Below, in pieces: positions 9,656 through 18,767 of a stretch of DNA of 64,000 nt; position 1 is the first letter of the stretch, and every line of letters starts with the position of its first letter. The position numbers and the translations under genes are program-made. Location of the stretch: NCBI GenBank assembly GCA_958296135.2, contig CATQHZ020000001.1, positions 896,001-960,000 on the forward strand, in the 5' to 3' direction. This DNA comes from an uncultured Poribacteria bacterium (lineage in GTDB: Bacteria; Poribacteria; WGA-4E; WGA-3G). Under the pieces are notes generated by a model, which was not told where the DNA came from, did not search any database, and saw nothing but the letters and a program-made list of their open reading frames with translations.

Positions 9656-10741
9656 TTATCCGTGGAAAACGTTGTACTCAAGCAGAAGCCGGGCGAGTTC
9701 TTTGCCATCAACGAGGACGATTCTAGGGGAATCCTCCCTTTCCCCATACTTTATCGCGGGGCTCGTGAAAACGGAGGTTGTGACAAAAATGCCCATTGTT
9801 GCATCTTGCTCAAGCAAGGCACCTGCAAACTGATGAATGGCAGGCTTCCCAACCTTATTTTTCCACCGTTTGGCTTGAACATAAATTCGGTAAAGTTCAA
9901 GCCTATCATCATCGGTAATGATACCATCAATACCGTCGTCGCGACTGCCGCCTAGGACTTCTCCCGCTCCGTATCCCATTTTTTCGAGGAGGTTGATAAC
10001 GAGGTTCTCAAAAAAAGTAGGGTGGATGCCTTTAACCTTCCGGAGCAAGCTTGCTTCCAATTCCTCTTGGATTCCCAGGGTTGTTTCTTCAAAGGAAACA
10101 GGAGGATCAGGCTCGGGAATTGGCGAATCCGGATCGGGAATTAGTAATCTGGAATTAGGGGCAGGCACGTACGGTTTTCTTGGCCCTCCTGGTTGCTTCA
10201 ACTTCCCCTTTTCTAAAAGATACCGGAAGGCAGGCGCGACTATAGCATAGCGAAAAACGTTGAGGCCGTGCCTATCTTCCGCATTTCGCTGATCGTTTGA
10301 CAGTTGGAACTTATCTGCCAATATAACGACTGCATCCTTAACTCTAATTCCTTCGGGTGGAAATTCAAGTTCAAGAATGGCGTTTCTGACTTCATCAGGC
10401 GGAGGAAAAACAAGGTTTGTTGGGGTTAGTGGAATCTCAAACCCACTCCTTGTTATTCTCCAATATCCCGCCTTCGTTGATTCTACTAAACCCTTCTTCT
10501 TCAAATGAGATAGGGCAGTACCGCTACGGTTCTTAAACTTATGCAGGCCACTTGGTAATCTTTCTGCTAATTTATCAGCAGTAAGATTAAGGGACCTAGA
10601 ACCTGCAATCGCATTGAAGATATCCTGCCGGTGATGCTCTGGCATATGCGCATCGAAGATATCCTGCTGGTCAGGCACTCGCCCCTCAGCTAGAAATCGA
10701 AGAATCGCATCTTCGATTTCTCGAATTGTGGGCATAGACAT
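9656..10741 (-). CDS. mrr: Mrr family type IV restriction endonuclease
   Basis: Mrr_N domain(s) and Mrr catalytic domain: FFE.LV..LL.KMGY, D.GIDG, YVQAKRW, FVTTS.FT, IVLVDG.ELA.L. Confidence 0.9.
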   Translation of the reverse strand: MSMPTIREIEDAILRFLAEGRVPDQQDIFDAHMPEHHRQDIFNAIAGSRSLNLTADKLAERLPSGLHKFKNRSGTALSHLKKKGLVESTKAGYWRITRSGFEIPLTPTNLVFPPPDEVRNAILELEFPPEGIRVKDAVVILADKFQLSNDQRNAEDRHGLNVFRYAIVAPAFRYLLEKGKLKQPGGPRKPYVPAPNSRLLIPDPDSPIPEPDPPVSFEETTLGIQEELEASLLRKVKGIHPTFFENLVINLLEKMGYGAGEVLGGSRDDGIDGIITDDDRLELYRIYVQAKRWKNKVGKPAIHQFAGALLEQDATMGIFVTTSVFTSPAIKYGEREDSPRIVLVDGKELARLLLEYNVFHG

Positions 10742-10875
10742 TAACTGAGATCCTCCAAATTAGTTCAGAATATGATAATAGTATACCATGTTTCCGATTT
10801 TTTGTCAAGTGAAAACAAAGACTTGCTATCCTCACTCCAACCGTGCGCCAGCAAGTCGATGATGAATTCAACGGC

Positions 10876-11269
10876 TTCTCCTATATTCCGCCGCTGCTTT
10901 TCGGCGCAGCGACTGTTTCCAAAGTATGTCCTATATGATACCACATTTTGACGCGTTTGTCAAATGCATCCGGACGATTCCGTTTTCGCTGGTAGGAGAG
11001 ACCTCCTGGTCTCGATACCCCCCTGAACCGTCGAGGCGCGGGATGTCTCTCCTACCGGGAAACACCCATCGAAACGCGGGAGGGCTCTCTTCTCTGAACC
11101 GTCGAGACGCGGGATGTCTCTCCTACTGAGGGATGTCGAGACGCGGGATGTCTCTCCTACTGAAGTCACGCGATATGATGCGGGAATCAGGATTCCCGCA
11201 CCATACCGGAATTCGGCGGGCGTGTAACGTCGCGCTGCCCGCATTTCTTGGTTTTGATGTTAAACCGGA
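10876..11269. repeat. Segmental duplication copy B with extra REP-like units
   Basis: Matches 9360-9655; contains repeated gtcgagacgcgggatgtctctcctac. Confidence 0.9.
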
Positions 11270-11605
11270 TTAGCCGCGCTTAGGCGGTTTCCAATTGTGC
11301 CAATAGGGGGGCGGCGGCACAATGCCCGCCAATATGTCAAGTCCCCGCTTCGTTATTCTCCAATATCCGCGTTTTGGAGACTCTACAAGCCCTGCCTCTT
11401 TCATGTCTTGTTTTGCCCAATTACAGCGATGATAAAACCGCGGCTGTCCGCTGGGCAATTTTTCTTGTAATTGCTGATGTGTCAGTGAGTAACGATCGGC
11501 GAGCTCGTCCACAAAGTCCTTAGTCCGCCATTCTTTCTGCTTACCGAACAATCCAAGAAGATCGGGCTCAATTTCTTTACTCGTAGGTAATGAACTCACA
11601 GGCAT
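11270..11605 (-). CDS. Stand-alone Mrr N-terminal domain protein
   Basis: Paralogous to the N-terminus of 8702-9352 (VSSLPTSK...LPSGQ.RFYHRCNWA...AGLVE.PKRGY.RIT.RGL); no nuclease domain. Confidence 0.8.
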   Translation of the reverse strand: MPVSSLPTSKEIEPDLLGLFGKQKEWRTKDFVDELADRYSLTHQQLQEKLPSGQPRFYHRCNWAKQDMKEAGLVESPKRGYWRITKRGLDILAGIVPPPPYWHNWKPPKRG

Positions 11606-11726
11606 TTTCTCAGTCCTCCAAATCAATTCAAATTATATTCATAGTATACCATGTTTCCGCTTTTTTTGTCAAGTGAAAACAAAAGACTTGATTTCCTCAA
11701 GACCTTATGGTATCCTTAAAAACGAT

Positions 11727-11825
11727 GTCGAGACGCGGGAGATCTCTCCTACTAGGGGATGTCGAGACGCGGGAGATCTCTCCTACTGGGAAACACCCAT
11801 CGAGACGCGGGAGGTCTCTCCTACT
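11727..11825. repeat. Three tandem GTAG-REP-like palindromes (tcgagacgcgggag(a/g)tctctcctac)
   Basis: Direct repeats, each with a GAGAC/GTCTC-type stem and ending CTAC (GTAG on the minus strand). Confidence 0.8.
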
Positions 11826-11875
11826 GAAGTTGTGATAACCCTTTCACGAAATTTTTGCACAGGAGGACATCTCGC

Positions 11876-12127
11876 ATGAGATACGATGAACGGGTAGGCA
11901 GTCTCATCACCTGCGATGCGGAGATTATGAGCGGTACACCGGTGTTCAAGAATACGCGTGTCCCAATAAAAAACCTGATCGATTATTTAGAGGCAGGGGA
12001 TAACCTTGACGAATTTTTGGAGGATTTTCCTGCTGTCACTCGCGAACAAGCGGTCCAAGCACTTGAACTTGCGAGGGACGCGCTGTTAACACACGCCTAT
12101 GCGCATGCTCTAGGAGGTGCAAATTAC
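11876..12127 (+). CDS. DUF433 family antitoxin-like protein; lacks its own stop and reads in frame into the lactonase
   Basis: EIMSGTPVFKNTRVP..L.DYL..G..LDEFLEDFP.V; AGGAGG RBS. Confidence 0.75.
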
Positions 12128-12964
12128 ATGAACGAAGAACTTTTTGTGAGCCAAGAATGGACACTTGCCAACGGATGGACATCCGGTATTGAAGGACCGG
12201 CGTGCGATGCAGAAGGGAATCTATACGCCGTGAATTACGCTCGACAACACACCATCGGCAAGGTGACACCGCAAGGCGTGGAGAGCGTTTTTATTGAACT
12301 GCCCAACGGGAGCATCGGCAACGGCATCCGCTTTAATAGCGAAGGCTTCATGTTCATCGCTGACTATACTAACCATAACGTGCTGAAGGTGGACATGCAG
12401 ACGCGCGAAATTACTGTCCACGCGCACGAACCGAAGATGAATCAGCCGAATGACCTGGGCATCGGCGCGAACGACCTTCTCTACGCCAGCGATCCGAATT
12501 GGAGCGAGTCCACCGGACAACTCTGGCGCGTGGATACAGATGGCAGCGTGACATTGCTTGAAGCGGACATGGGCACGACAAACGGCATTGAAGTCAGCCC
12601 GGACGAACGGACGCTCTACGTCAACGAATCGGTGCAGCGCAATGTCTGGGCGTATGATTTGTCTGCGAACGGGGAGCTCAGCAATAAGCGGTTGCTTATC
12701 CGGTTCCCGGATTTCAACATGGATGGAATGCGGTGCGACATCGCGGGCAATCTCTACATTACGCGACACGGGAAAGGCACGGTGGCCAAACTCTCGCCTG
12801 ATGGAGAAGTGCTGTTGGAAGTGGCGTTGACAGGCAAGCTCTGCTCGAATATCGCCTTCGGCGGCCCTGATGGATGCACGTGCTACGTCACGATGGCAGA
12901 CCGGGGGAATATCGAGTCCTTCCGCGCCGATTTGCCGGGCAGAAGTTGGCAGTTGTTCCAATAA
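12128..12964 (+). CDS. SMP-30/gluconolactonase family protein
   Basis: EGP, PNDL, NGI..SPD..TLYV, DGM..D..GNLY, N.AFGG; own AGGAGG RBS. Confidence 0.9.
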   Translation: MNEELFVSQEWTLANGWTSGIEGPACDAEGNLYAVNYARQHTIGKVTPQGVESVFIELPNGSIGNGIRFNSEGFMFIADYTNHNVLKVDMQTREITVHAHEPKMNQPNDLGIGANDLLYASDPNWSESTGQLWRVDTDGSVTLLEADMGTTNGIEVSPDERTLYVNESVQRNVWAYDLSANGELSNKRLLIRFPDFNMDGMRCDIAGNLYITRHGKGTVAKLSPDGEVLLEVALTGKLCSNIAFGGPDGCTCYVTMADRGNIESFRADLPGRSWQLFQ

Positions 12965-13089
12965 TGCTGTAAGTTCGCGGGGGACAACTGACCTACCGTA
13001 AACACGTTTTCTGTAGACGTGACCGTGGCGGCCCCCGCGCTACGGTAAAAAGGGAGGACATCGCCATACCTCCGCGCTATAAAAATGAC

Positions 13090-13119
13090 TTGACAAATGC
13101 ACGCGATTTCTGCTATTAT
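13090..13119 (+). promoter_or_regulatory. sigma70-type promoter
   Basis: TTGACA-18 bp-TATTAT with extended -10 TG, upstream of the LamG gene. Confidence 0.55.
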
Positions 13120-13149
13120 ATTCCCATACAATTCTAATGGAGGAAAAAC

Positions 13150-13932
13150 ATGAAACATTTATCTCTGATTTTAATTCTCGCCGTGGCCTGCTGCACTTAC
13201 GCGTCCGCAGATTTATTGGAAGGCCTCGTGCTTTACATGCCGCTTGACGAAGGCAACGGCAAGAGCACCGAAGACTTCTCAGAAAACGGGTTTACCGGCG
13301 AACTCAACGGCGGCGCGAAATGGGTAGACGGCAAATTCGGGAAGGCCCTTGAATTCAGCGCGTCTACCGATTTCGTCGCGGTTGAAGATGACGGGGCGTT
13401 TCACATTGAAGATGAAATCACGCAAGCCGCTTGGATTAACCTCGACCGGCTGCCGAGCGCGCACGCCATTGTCTTCGGCACCCGCATGGGTGGCGGCGGC
13501 AGACACATCGGCTTCGGCTACGGCATGAACCCCGCAAACGGGATTAAGGTCTGGACGAACGGTGCCGGTGGCGGGTTCTTGGACATCAACGATAACAAAA
13601 CCGCGCTGGATACCGGCAAGTGGTATTATCTCGCCTATACGCACACCTCGGATAACAAGGGGTTAGTGGAGATTTACGTTGATGGCGAAGTGACGCACTC
13701 GCAGGATTCCAACAATCCGGTCGCGCCCGCGGGGGCGACGAGCCAAATCCAGATCGGCACCTGGTCTGGCGAAGCGTGGCCGGGTATCGTCGATGAAGTT
13801 CGGCTCTGGAACCGTGCGCTCTCCGCTGATGAAGTGAAAGAGAGCATGGAGTTGGGAATGGCAGAGTTCTTGGCGGTGGATCCGAAGGATAAGCTTGCCA
13901 CTTCGTGGGGCAAAATTAAGCGGTTGCGTTAA
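13150..13932 (+). CDS. Secreted LamG/concanavalin-like domain protein
   Basis: Signal peptide; DEG.G...D.S, GKFGKALEF, YVDG, G.VDEVRLWNRALS; C-terminal AVDPKDKLATSWGKIK. Confidence 0.85.
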   Translation: MKHLSLILILAVACCTYASADLLEGLVLYMPLDEGNGKSTEDFSENGFTGELNGGAKWVDGKFGKALEFSASTDFVAVEDDGAFHIEDEITQAAWINLDRLPSAHAIVFGTRMGGGGRHIGFGYGMNPANGIKVWTNGAGGGFLDINDNKTALDTGKWYYLAYTHTSDNKGLVEIYVDGEVTHSQDSNNPVAPAGATSQIQIGTWSGEAWPGIVDEVRLWNRALSADEVKESMELGMAEFLAVDPKDKLATSWGKIKRLR

Positions 13933-13945
13933 GTCGATTTCCGCA

Positions 13946-14360
13946 GTAGGAGAGCCCTCCTTGTCTCGATGGGTGTTGCCCGGTAGGAGAGCCCTCCTTG
14001 TCTCGATGGGTGTCATGTCGGGACAGGGATGTCCCTCCTACGGGGAAAGTCGGGCCAGGGATGTCCCTCCTACCGGGGAAAATATCGGGCCAGGGATGTC
14101 CCTCCTACCGGGGAAAATATCGGGCCAAGGATGTCCCGCCTACCGGGGAAAGTCGGGCCAGGGATGTCCCTCCTACCGGGGAAAGTCGGGCCAAGGATGT
14201 CCCGCCTACCGGGGAAAATATCGAGACCAGGAGGTCTCTCCTACCGGAAGAGAAGAGTTATATCGGGACAGGGATGGCCCTCCTACCGGAAGAGAAGAGT
14301 CATATCGGGACAGGGATGGCCCTCTTCGGGACAGGGATGGCCCGCCTACCGGAAGAGAAG
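13946..14360. repeat. Tandem array of about 12 GTAG-REP-like palindromic units (about 21-42 bp)
   Basis: Two gtaggagagccctccttgtctcgat units, then about 10 inverted units of type cgggccagggatgtccctcctaccggggaaa. Confidence 0.9.
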
Positions 14361-14366
14361 AAATGA

Positions 14367-14912
14367 ATGAAACGCTATGAATCTGTCTTAAAACGGCTGG
14401 AAAAAACGGCAAAACAGTATACCAACATCGCACCGGAGAACGGGCAGTTTCTTGCCATTCTCCTCCGCACAATTCAGGCGCAGCGTGTGCTGGAAGTCGG
14501 GACGAGCAACGGCTATTCCACGATGTGGCTCGCCGCCGCGTTGAAAGAAATGGGCGGCACATTGGTGACGCTGGAGTTTGACCCGGGCCGCGCGGCGATG
14601 GCACGCGCACACCTCACTGAAACGGGACTTGACGATGTTGTGGAGGTTCGCGTCGGCAACGCGCTGGACGAAATCCCGAAATGCGCGGGGCCCTTCGACC
14701 TGGTGTTCCTCGATGCCGAGAAAGGTGAGTATCGGCAGTATCTGGAGTTGGCACTGCCGAACATTCGTCCCGGCGGCCTCATCGTCGCTGATGATACCGT
14801 CACGATGCGCGCCGAAATGCCGGATTACGTGGATTTCGTTTTCAATACGCCGCTGCTGCATTCCGTTGATATTCCCTTGGACGATGGTGTAATTCTAAGC
14901 TATAAAGTGTAA
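14367..14912 (+). CDS. O-methyltransferase (caffeoyl-CoA/Methyltransf_3 family)
   Basis: VLEVGTSNGYST, FDLVFLDA.K, GGLIVAD. Confidence 0.9.
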   Translation: MKRYESVLKRLEKTAKQYTNIAPENGQFLAILLRTIQAQRVLEVGTSNGYSTMWLAAALKEMGGTLVTLEFDPGRAAMARAHLTETGLDDVVEVRVGNALDEIPKCAGPFDLVFLDAEKGEYRQYLELALPNIRPGGLIVADDTVTMRAEMPDYVDFVFNTPLLHSVDIPLDDGVILSYKV

Positions 14913-14974
14913 GCGCGGCTTTTTATGTCCGTCCTTCGCGCGCTTGGAAAGCGCGTCTACCGGAACAAATTCTC

Positions 14975-16162
14975 ATGAGCTCCAAAATTTCAGACAAATC
15001 TGCCCGCTTTACAGAATCCGTTATCCGCGAGATGACGCGGCTCTGCCTGCAACACGACGCGATTAACCTGTCGCAAGGCACCCCGGTGTATCAACCACCG
15101 GACGCGGTGAAAGCGGCGGCGGTCGCGGCGATTTATGAAGGGTATAACCAGTATAGTATCACGTGGGGCGAACCTGAGTTTCGTGAGGCAATCGCTCGCA
15201 AAATGACGACGTTCAACCGTATCCCCACCGATGCCGCCGCCAATGTCACGGTCACGTGTGGTTCAACCGAGGGGATGCTCTCCGCGCTCCTCGCGATTAT
15301 CAACCCCGGCGACGAAGTTATCATCTTTGAACCGTTTTATGAGAATTACGGGCCCGATACCATCATCTCTGGCGCGGCACCTGTCTATGTGCCGTTGCGC
15401 GAGACGCGCGCTTCCGACGGAAGTTACGATTTCACTTACGATGCTGCTGAACTCCGGGATGCCTTCTCTGCCAACACGAAGGCGATTATCCTGAACACGC
15501 CGCACAATCCCTTCGGCAAGGTGTTTACGCTGGACGAACTGCAACAGATTGCAGATTTGTGTTGTGAATACGATTGCCTCGCCATCACCGATGAAATTTA
15601 CGAGCAGATGATTTACGATGGCAAATCGCACATCAGCATCGGTTCTTTGCCGATGATGCAGGAGCGCACGATTACCGTCTCCGGATTAAGCAAGATCTAC
15701 TCGATGACAGGTTGGCGATTAGGCTACGTCATCGCGTCTGAACCGCTGTCAGCCGCCATCCGGAAGATGCACGATTTTTTGACAGTCGGCGCGCCGCATC
15801 CGCTGCAGCGTGCCGGCATCGCCGCTCTCAATTTGCCACAGAGCTATTATGAAGAGCTCGTCGCAAAGTATGATAAAAACCGTCGGCAATTGGCGAGTGT
15901 CCTGATAGAGGCGGGGTTTCGTTGTCAGCCGCCGTCGGGTGCGTATTACATCATGACAGACATCGCCGATTTCGGGTTCCCTGATGACACGGCGTTTGCA
16001 CACTGGCTGGTGGAGGAGATAGGCGTAGGCGGCGTGCCGGGCTCGAGTTTCTATAGCCGCCCGGAACTCGGCAGGACGAAACTGCGTTTTATGTTCAGCA
16101 TGGCGGAAGAACGGCTGGCCGAAGCCGGCGAGCGGCTGATACAGGTTAAGGCGAGGATTTAA
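14975..16162 (+). CDS. PLP-dependent aminotransferase class I/II
   Basis: INLSQG.P, NTPHNP.GKVF, DEIYE, SKIYSMTGWRLGY. Confidence 0.92.
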   Translation: MSSKISDKSARFTESVIREMTRLCLQHDAINLSQGTPVYQPPDAVKAAAVAAIYEGYNQYSITWGEPEFREAIARKMTTFNRIPTDAAANVTVTCGSTEGMLSALLAIINPGDEVIIFEPFYENYGPDTIISGAAPVYVPLRETRASDGSYDFTYDAAELRDAFSANTKAIILNTPHNPFGKVFTLDELQQIADLCCEYDCLAITDEIYEQMIYDGKSHISIGSLPMMQERTITVSGLSKIYSMTGWRLGYVIASEPLSAAIRKMHDFLTVGAPHPLQRAGIAALNLPQSYYEELVAKYDKNRRQLASVLIEAGFRCQPPSGAYYIMTDIADFGFPDDTAFAHWLVEEIGVGGVPGSSFYSRPELGRTKLRFMFSMAEERLAEAGERLIQVKARI

Positions 16163-16207
16163 CGATGACACTTTTGTCAGGGCGGATAAACCGATAGAGA
16201 ACCGATT

Positions 16208-17719
16208 ATGATAACTATTCCTGAATTCAACAGCCTCCACTACGGCGATAACCTTCACATTATGCGCCAGTGGCCGGACAATCTCGTGGACATTGTCTAC
16301 GCCGATCCGCCATTTAATTCCAAGCAGAAATATCATCAGCTTTACCGGTTGGATGAGGATAACAAAGGCACGCGGTCCGCATCCCTCAAAGCGTTTGATG
16401 ATTCGTGGTTTTGGACACCCGCCGCCCACCAACGCGTTGAGGAGCTCATCTCTATGTCCGCGCTCCCTATCCATAAAACGATTGAGGGGCTCTATACGAT
16501 GCTCGGCGATTGCGGACAGATGGCATACCTGAGTTACATGGCTCTCCGCATCCTTGAGATGCATCGGCTTCTCAAGGACACCGGCAGTCTCTATCTCCAC
16601 TGCGATATAACGACGAGCCACTACATCAAACCCGTTTTGGACAGCATCTTCGGGCCAAAGATGTTTCGGAACGAGATTATCTGGAACTACCATCGGTTTT
16701 CGCGAAACTCCAGTAAGCAGTTTGCGCGGATGAACGACACCATCTTCTTCTATTCAAAATCGGAAGATGGGAACACCTTTAATTTTCAGTATGCCGAACC
16801 TCGTGATGCTACCCGGTATCAGAAAGGATATACTACCGTGGTAGACAAAGGGGTAAAAAAGTTGTTGGTGTATGACATGGAGAAGGTGAAGCGGGCACGC
16901 ATTAATCTTGCGAAATACGATAAGGTTGTGCCGACGCAGGCGCAACGCCCGCTGATGGGGCAAGTCTGGAGTGATATTCCGATTCTGAATTCGCAATCGA
17001 AAGAGCGGCTCGGTTATGATACACAGAAGCCGCTCGCCTTGCTGGAGCGGATTATTCGTGCCTCCAGCAACGAAGGGGACATCGTGTTGGATCCGTTTTG
17101 TGGTTGCGGTACCACAATTGAGGCTGCGCGCAATCTCGGGCGGCAGTGGCTCGGCATCGATCTGAATCCGAGTGTGCTTGATGTCATCGTGAGTCAACGC
17201 CTCAAGGGGCATGAGGTGCCGATTATAGGTATCCCTGCGGATTTCGCTAGTGCGAGCCGCCTTGCAACCGATAACCGTCGCCATTTTGAGATATGGGCCC
17301 TCAATCTGATAGAAGGGCTCGCGCCGAATGAGACAGGGGGCGCAGATGGCGGTATTGATGGCAAGGGCAACCCGGTTGAAAGCCCGGGGGGTGATTACAA
17401 AAAACTCATCCTTGGGCAAGTGAAAAGCGGGAAGTATTCGCTGAGTCAGTTACGTGATTTCCTTGGCGTTGTGCAAAGTGAAACGGCGGTGATGGGCATC
17501 TATATCACGTTGGAGGCATTGACGCCGGTTGCGAAAAGAAACGCGGAGACGCTGCTGAGCAAGTTCGGCGAAGTCCAGATAGGCACGGATGTTTTTCCGC
17601 GCATCCAACTCTTTTCCGTAGAGGCGTATTTTCGGGAGGGGAAGCTTCCCCGGATGCCGCACATGAAGAATCCTTATACGGGGAGGCCTTATGAGCGAGT
17701 GCTTCCGTTGCTACTGTAA
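16208..17719 (+). CDS. Beta-class N6/N4 DNA methyltransferase with C-terminal Mrr-like nuclease domain
   Basis: DPPF motif IV, TQKP.ALLERII, DPFCGCGT motif I; C-term GADGGIDG...QVKSG. Confidence 0.88.
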   Translation: MITIPEFNSLHYGDNLHIMRQWPDNLVDIVYADPPFNSKQKYHQLYRLDEDNKGTRSASLKAFDDSWFWTPAAHQRVEELISMSALPIHKTIEGLYTMLGDCGQMAYLSYMALRILEMHRLLKDTGSLYLHCDITTSHYIKPVLDSIFGPKMFRNEIIWNYHRFSRNSSKQFARMNDTIFFYSKSEDGNTFNFQYAEPRDATRYQKGYTTVVDKGVKKLLVYDMEKVKRARINLAKYDKVVPTQAQRPLMGQVWSDIPILNSQSKERLGYDTQKPLALLERIIRASSNEGDIVLDPFCGCGTTIEAARNLGRQWLGIDLNPSVLDVIVSQRLKGHEVPIIGIPADFASASRLATDNRRHFEIWALNLIEGLAPNETGGADGGIDGKGNPVESPGGDYKKLILGQVKSGKYSLSQLRDFLGVVQSETAVMGIYITLEALTPVAKRNAETLLSKFGEVQIGTDVFPRIQLFSVEAYFREGKLPRMPHMKNPYTGRPYERVLPLLL

Positions 17720-17869
17720 GGGCGGGGATGTCTCTATCCGCCTTTATGCAAAAAAATACCCGTTTGTTTCCTATTAACTTTTTAACCTTGTCCATCTTGA
17801 TTCGGGCAGTTAGGGGCTTGACAAACGCGCGGGTAAATGTTATTTTAACAAAAAACGAGGGATAACGAC

Positions 17870-18457
17870 ATGGAAGAAATGGGACGCAATTCGCCGGCAC
17901 CCATCTTGCCATCATCACTGCCAACGCTGCTGACAGCGGAGGCTTTGTGGAAGCAGCCGGATGATGGGTATCGGTATGAACTCGTGAAAGGGGTCCTACG
18001 GAAAATGCCACCTGCAGGTTTTGAGCACGGTATCCGCGCCGCGGAAATTGGCGGCTTACTTCACGCGCACGTTAAAAAACATCAACTCGGCTATGTGTGT
18101 GGTGCCGAGACAGGTTTTAGGATTGCCCGGCATCCGGATACAGTGCGTGCTCCCGATGCCGCTTTCGTGCGTCGGGAATCAATTGCGCGGCAAGGAGTCG
18201 TCAAAGGCTATTGGGAGGGCGCACCAGCTCTCGCCGTAGAAGTCATTTCCCCTGGCGATACGTATGCCGAAGTTGCTGATAAGGTAGAAGAGTGGCTCGC
18301 CGGTTGCGCCATGGTGTGGATTATCAATCCACGCCGTGAGACAGTCGAGGTTTATCGCGCCGATGCGGCGTTCACCCTTTTGCGTGAGGCTGACATCCTT
18401 GAAGGTGGCGATGTTGTTGAGGGGTTTCGGTGTAGCGTCGGCGAGTTGTTTGCATGA
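17870..18457 (+). CDS. Uma2 family endonuclease
   Basis: YELVKG, HG, ETGF, VRAPDAAF, P.LAVEVISP.D, VWIINP. Confidence 0.9.
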   Translation: MEEMGRNSPAPILPSSLPTLLTAEALWKQPDDGYRYELVKGVLRKMPPAGFEHGIRAAEIGGLLHAHVKKHQLGYVCGAETGFRIARHPDTVRAPDAAFVRRESIARQGVVKGYWEGAPALAVEVISPGDTYAEVADKVEEWLAGCAMVWIINPRRETVEVYRADAAFTLLREADILEGGDVVEGFRCSVGELFA

Positions 18458-18559
18458 ATATCGTTCGGGCTCAGATGAAGAGTGAGAATTTAATCGTGTT
18501 ATTTCCGGCTCGGACAATCCCAAACGGCAGCGGGAACAATCCAAATATCAAAGGATACC

Positions 18560-18766
18560 ATGGACACACCTCTTGAAAACGAAACGTTGCGTATCTACAA
18601 AACCGAAGTTGCGGCGTTGCTTCAGCAAAACGAGAGATATCAGACGCTGGGTTCTGCGGAGTTTGATGCCGTAGTCCGCGCGTTTGAATTGACATTGACG
18701 AACGGCCGCGAGAAGGTGCGGGCGCAAATGCTTTACGACATGCTCCACGAACATCGGGATAACTAA
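18560..18766 (+). CDS. Small hypothetical protein, coupled to the SMC gene
   Basis: AAAGGA RBS; stop 1 nt before the next ATG. Confidence 0.6.
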   Translation: MDTPLENETLRIYKTEVAALLQQNERYQTLGSAEFDAVVRAFELTLTNGREKVRAQMLYDMLHEHRDN

Positions 18767-18767
18767 C

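Noticed and set aside
13946-14360. CRISPR array
   Set aside because: Intervening sequences are short and near-identical rather than unique spacers, the repeats vary, and there are no cas genes. It is a REP-like tandem array.
13895-14380. ORFs of 161, 122 and 113 aa over the repeat array
   Set aside because: They are translations of the tandem repeat in all three frames.
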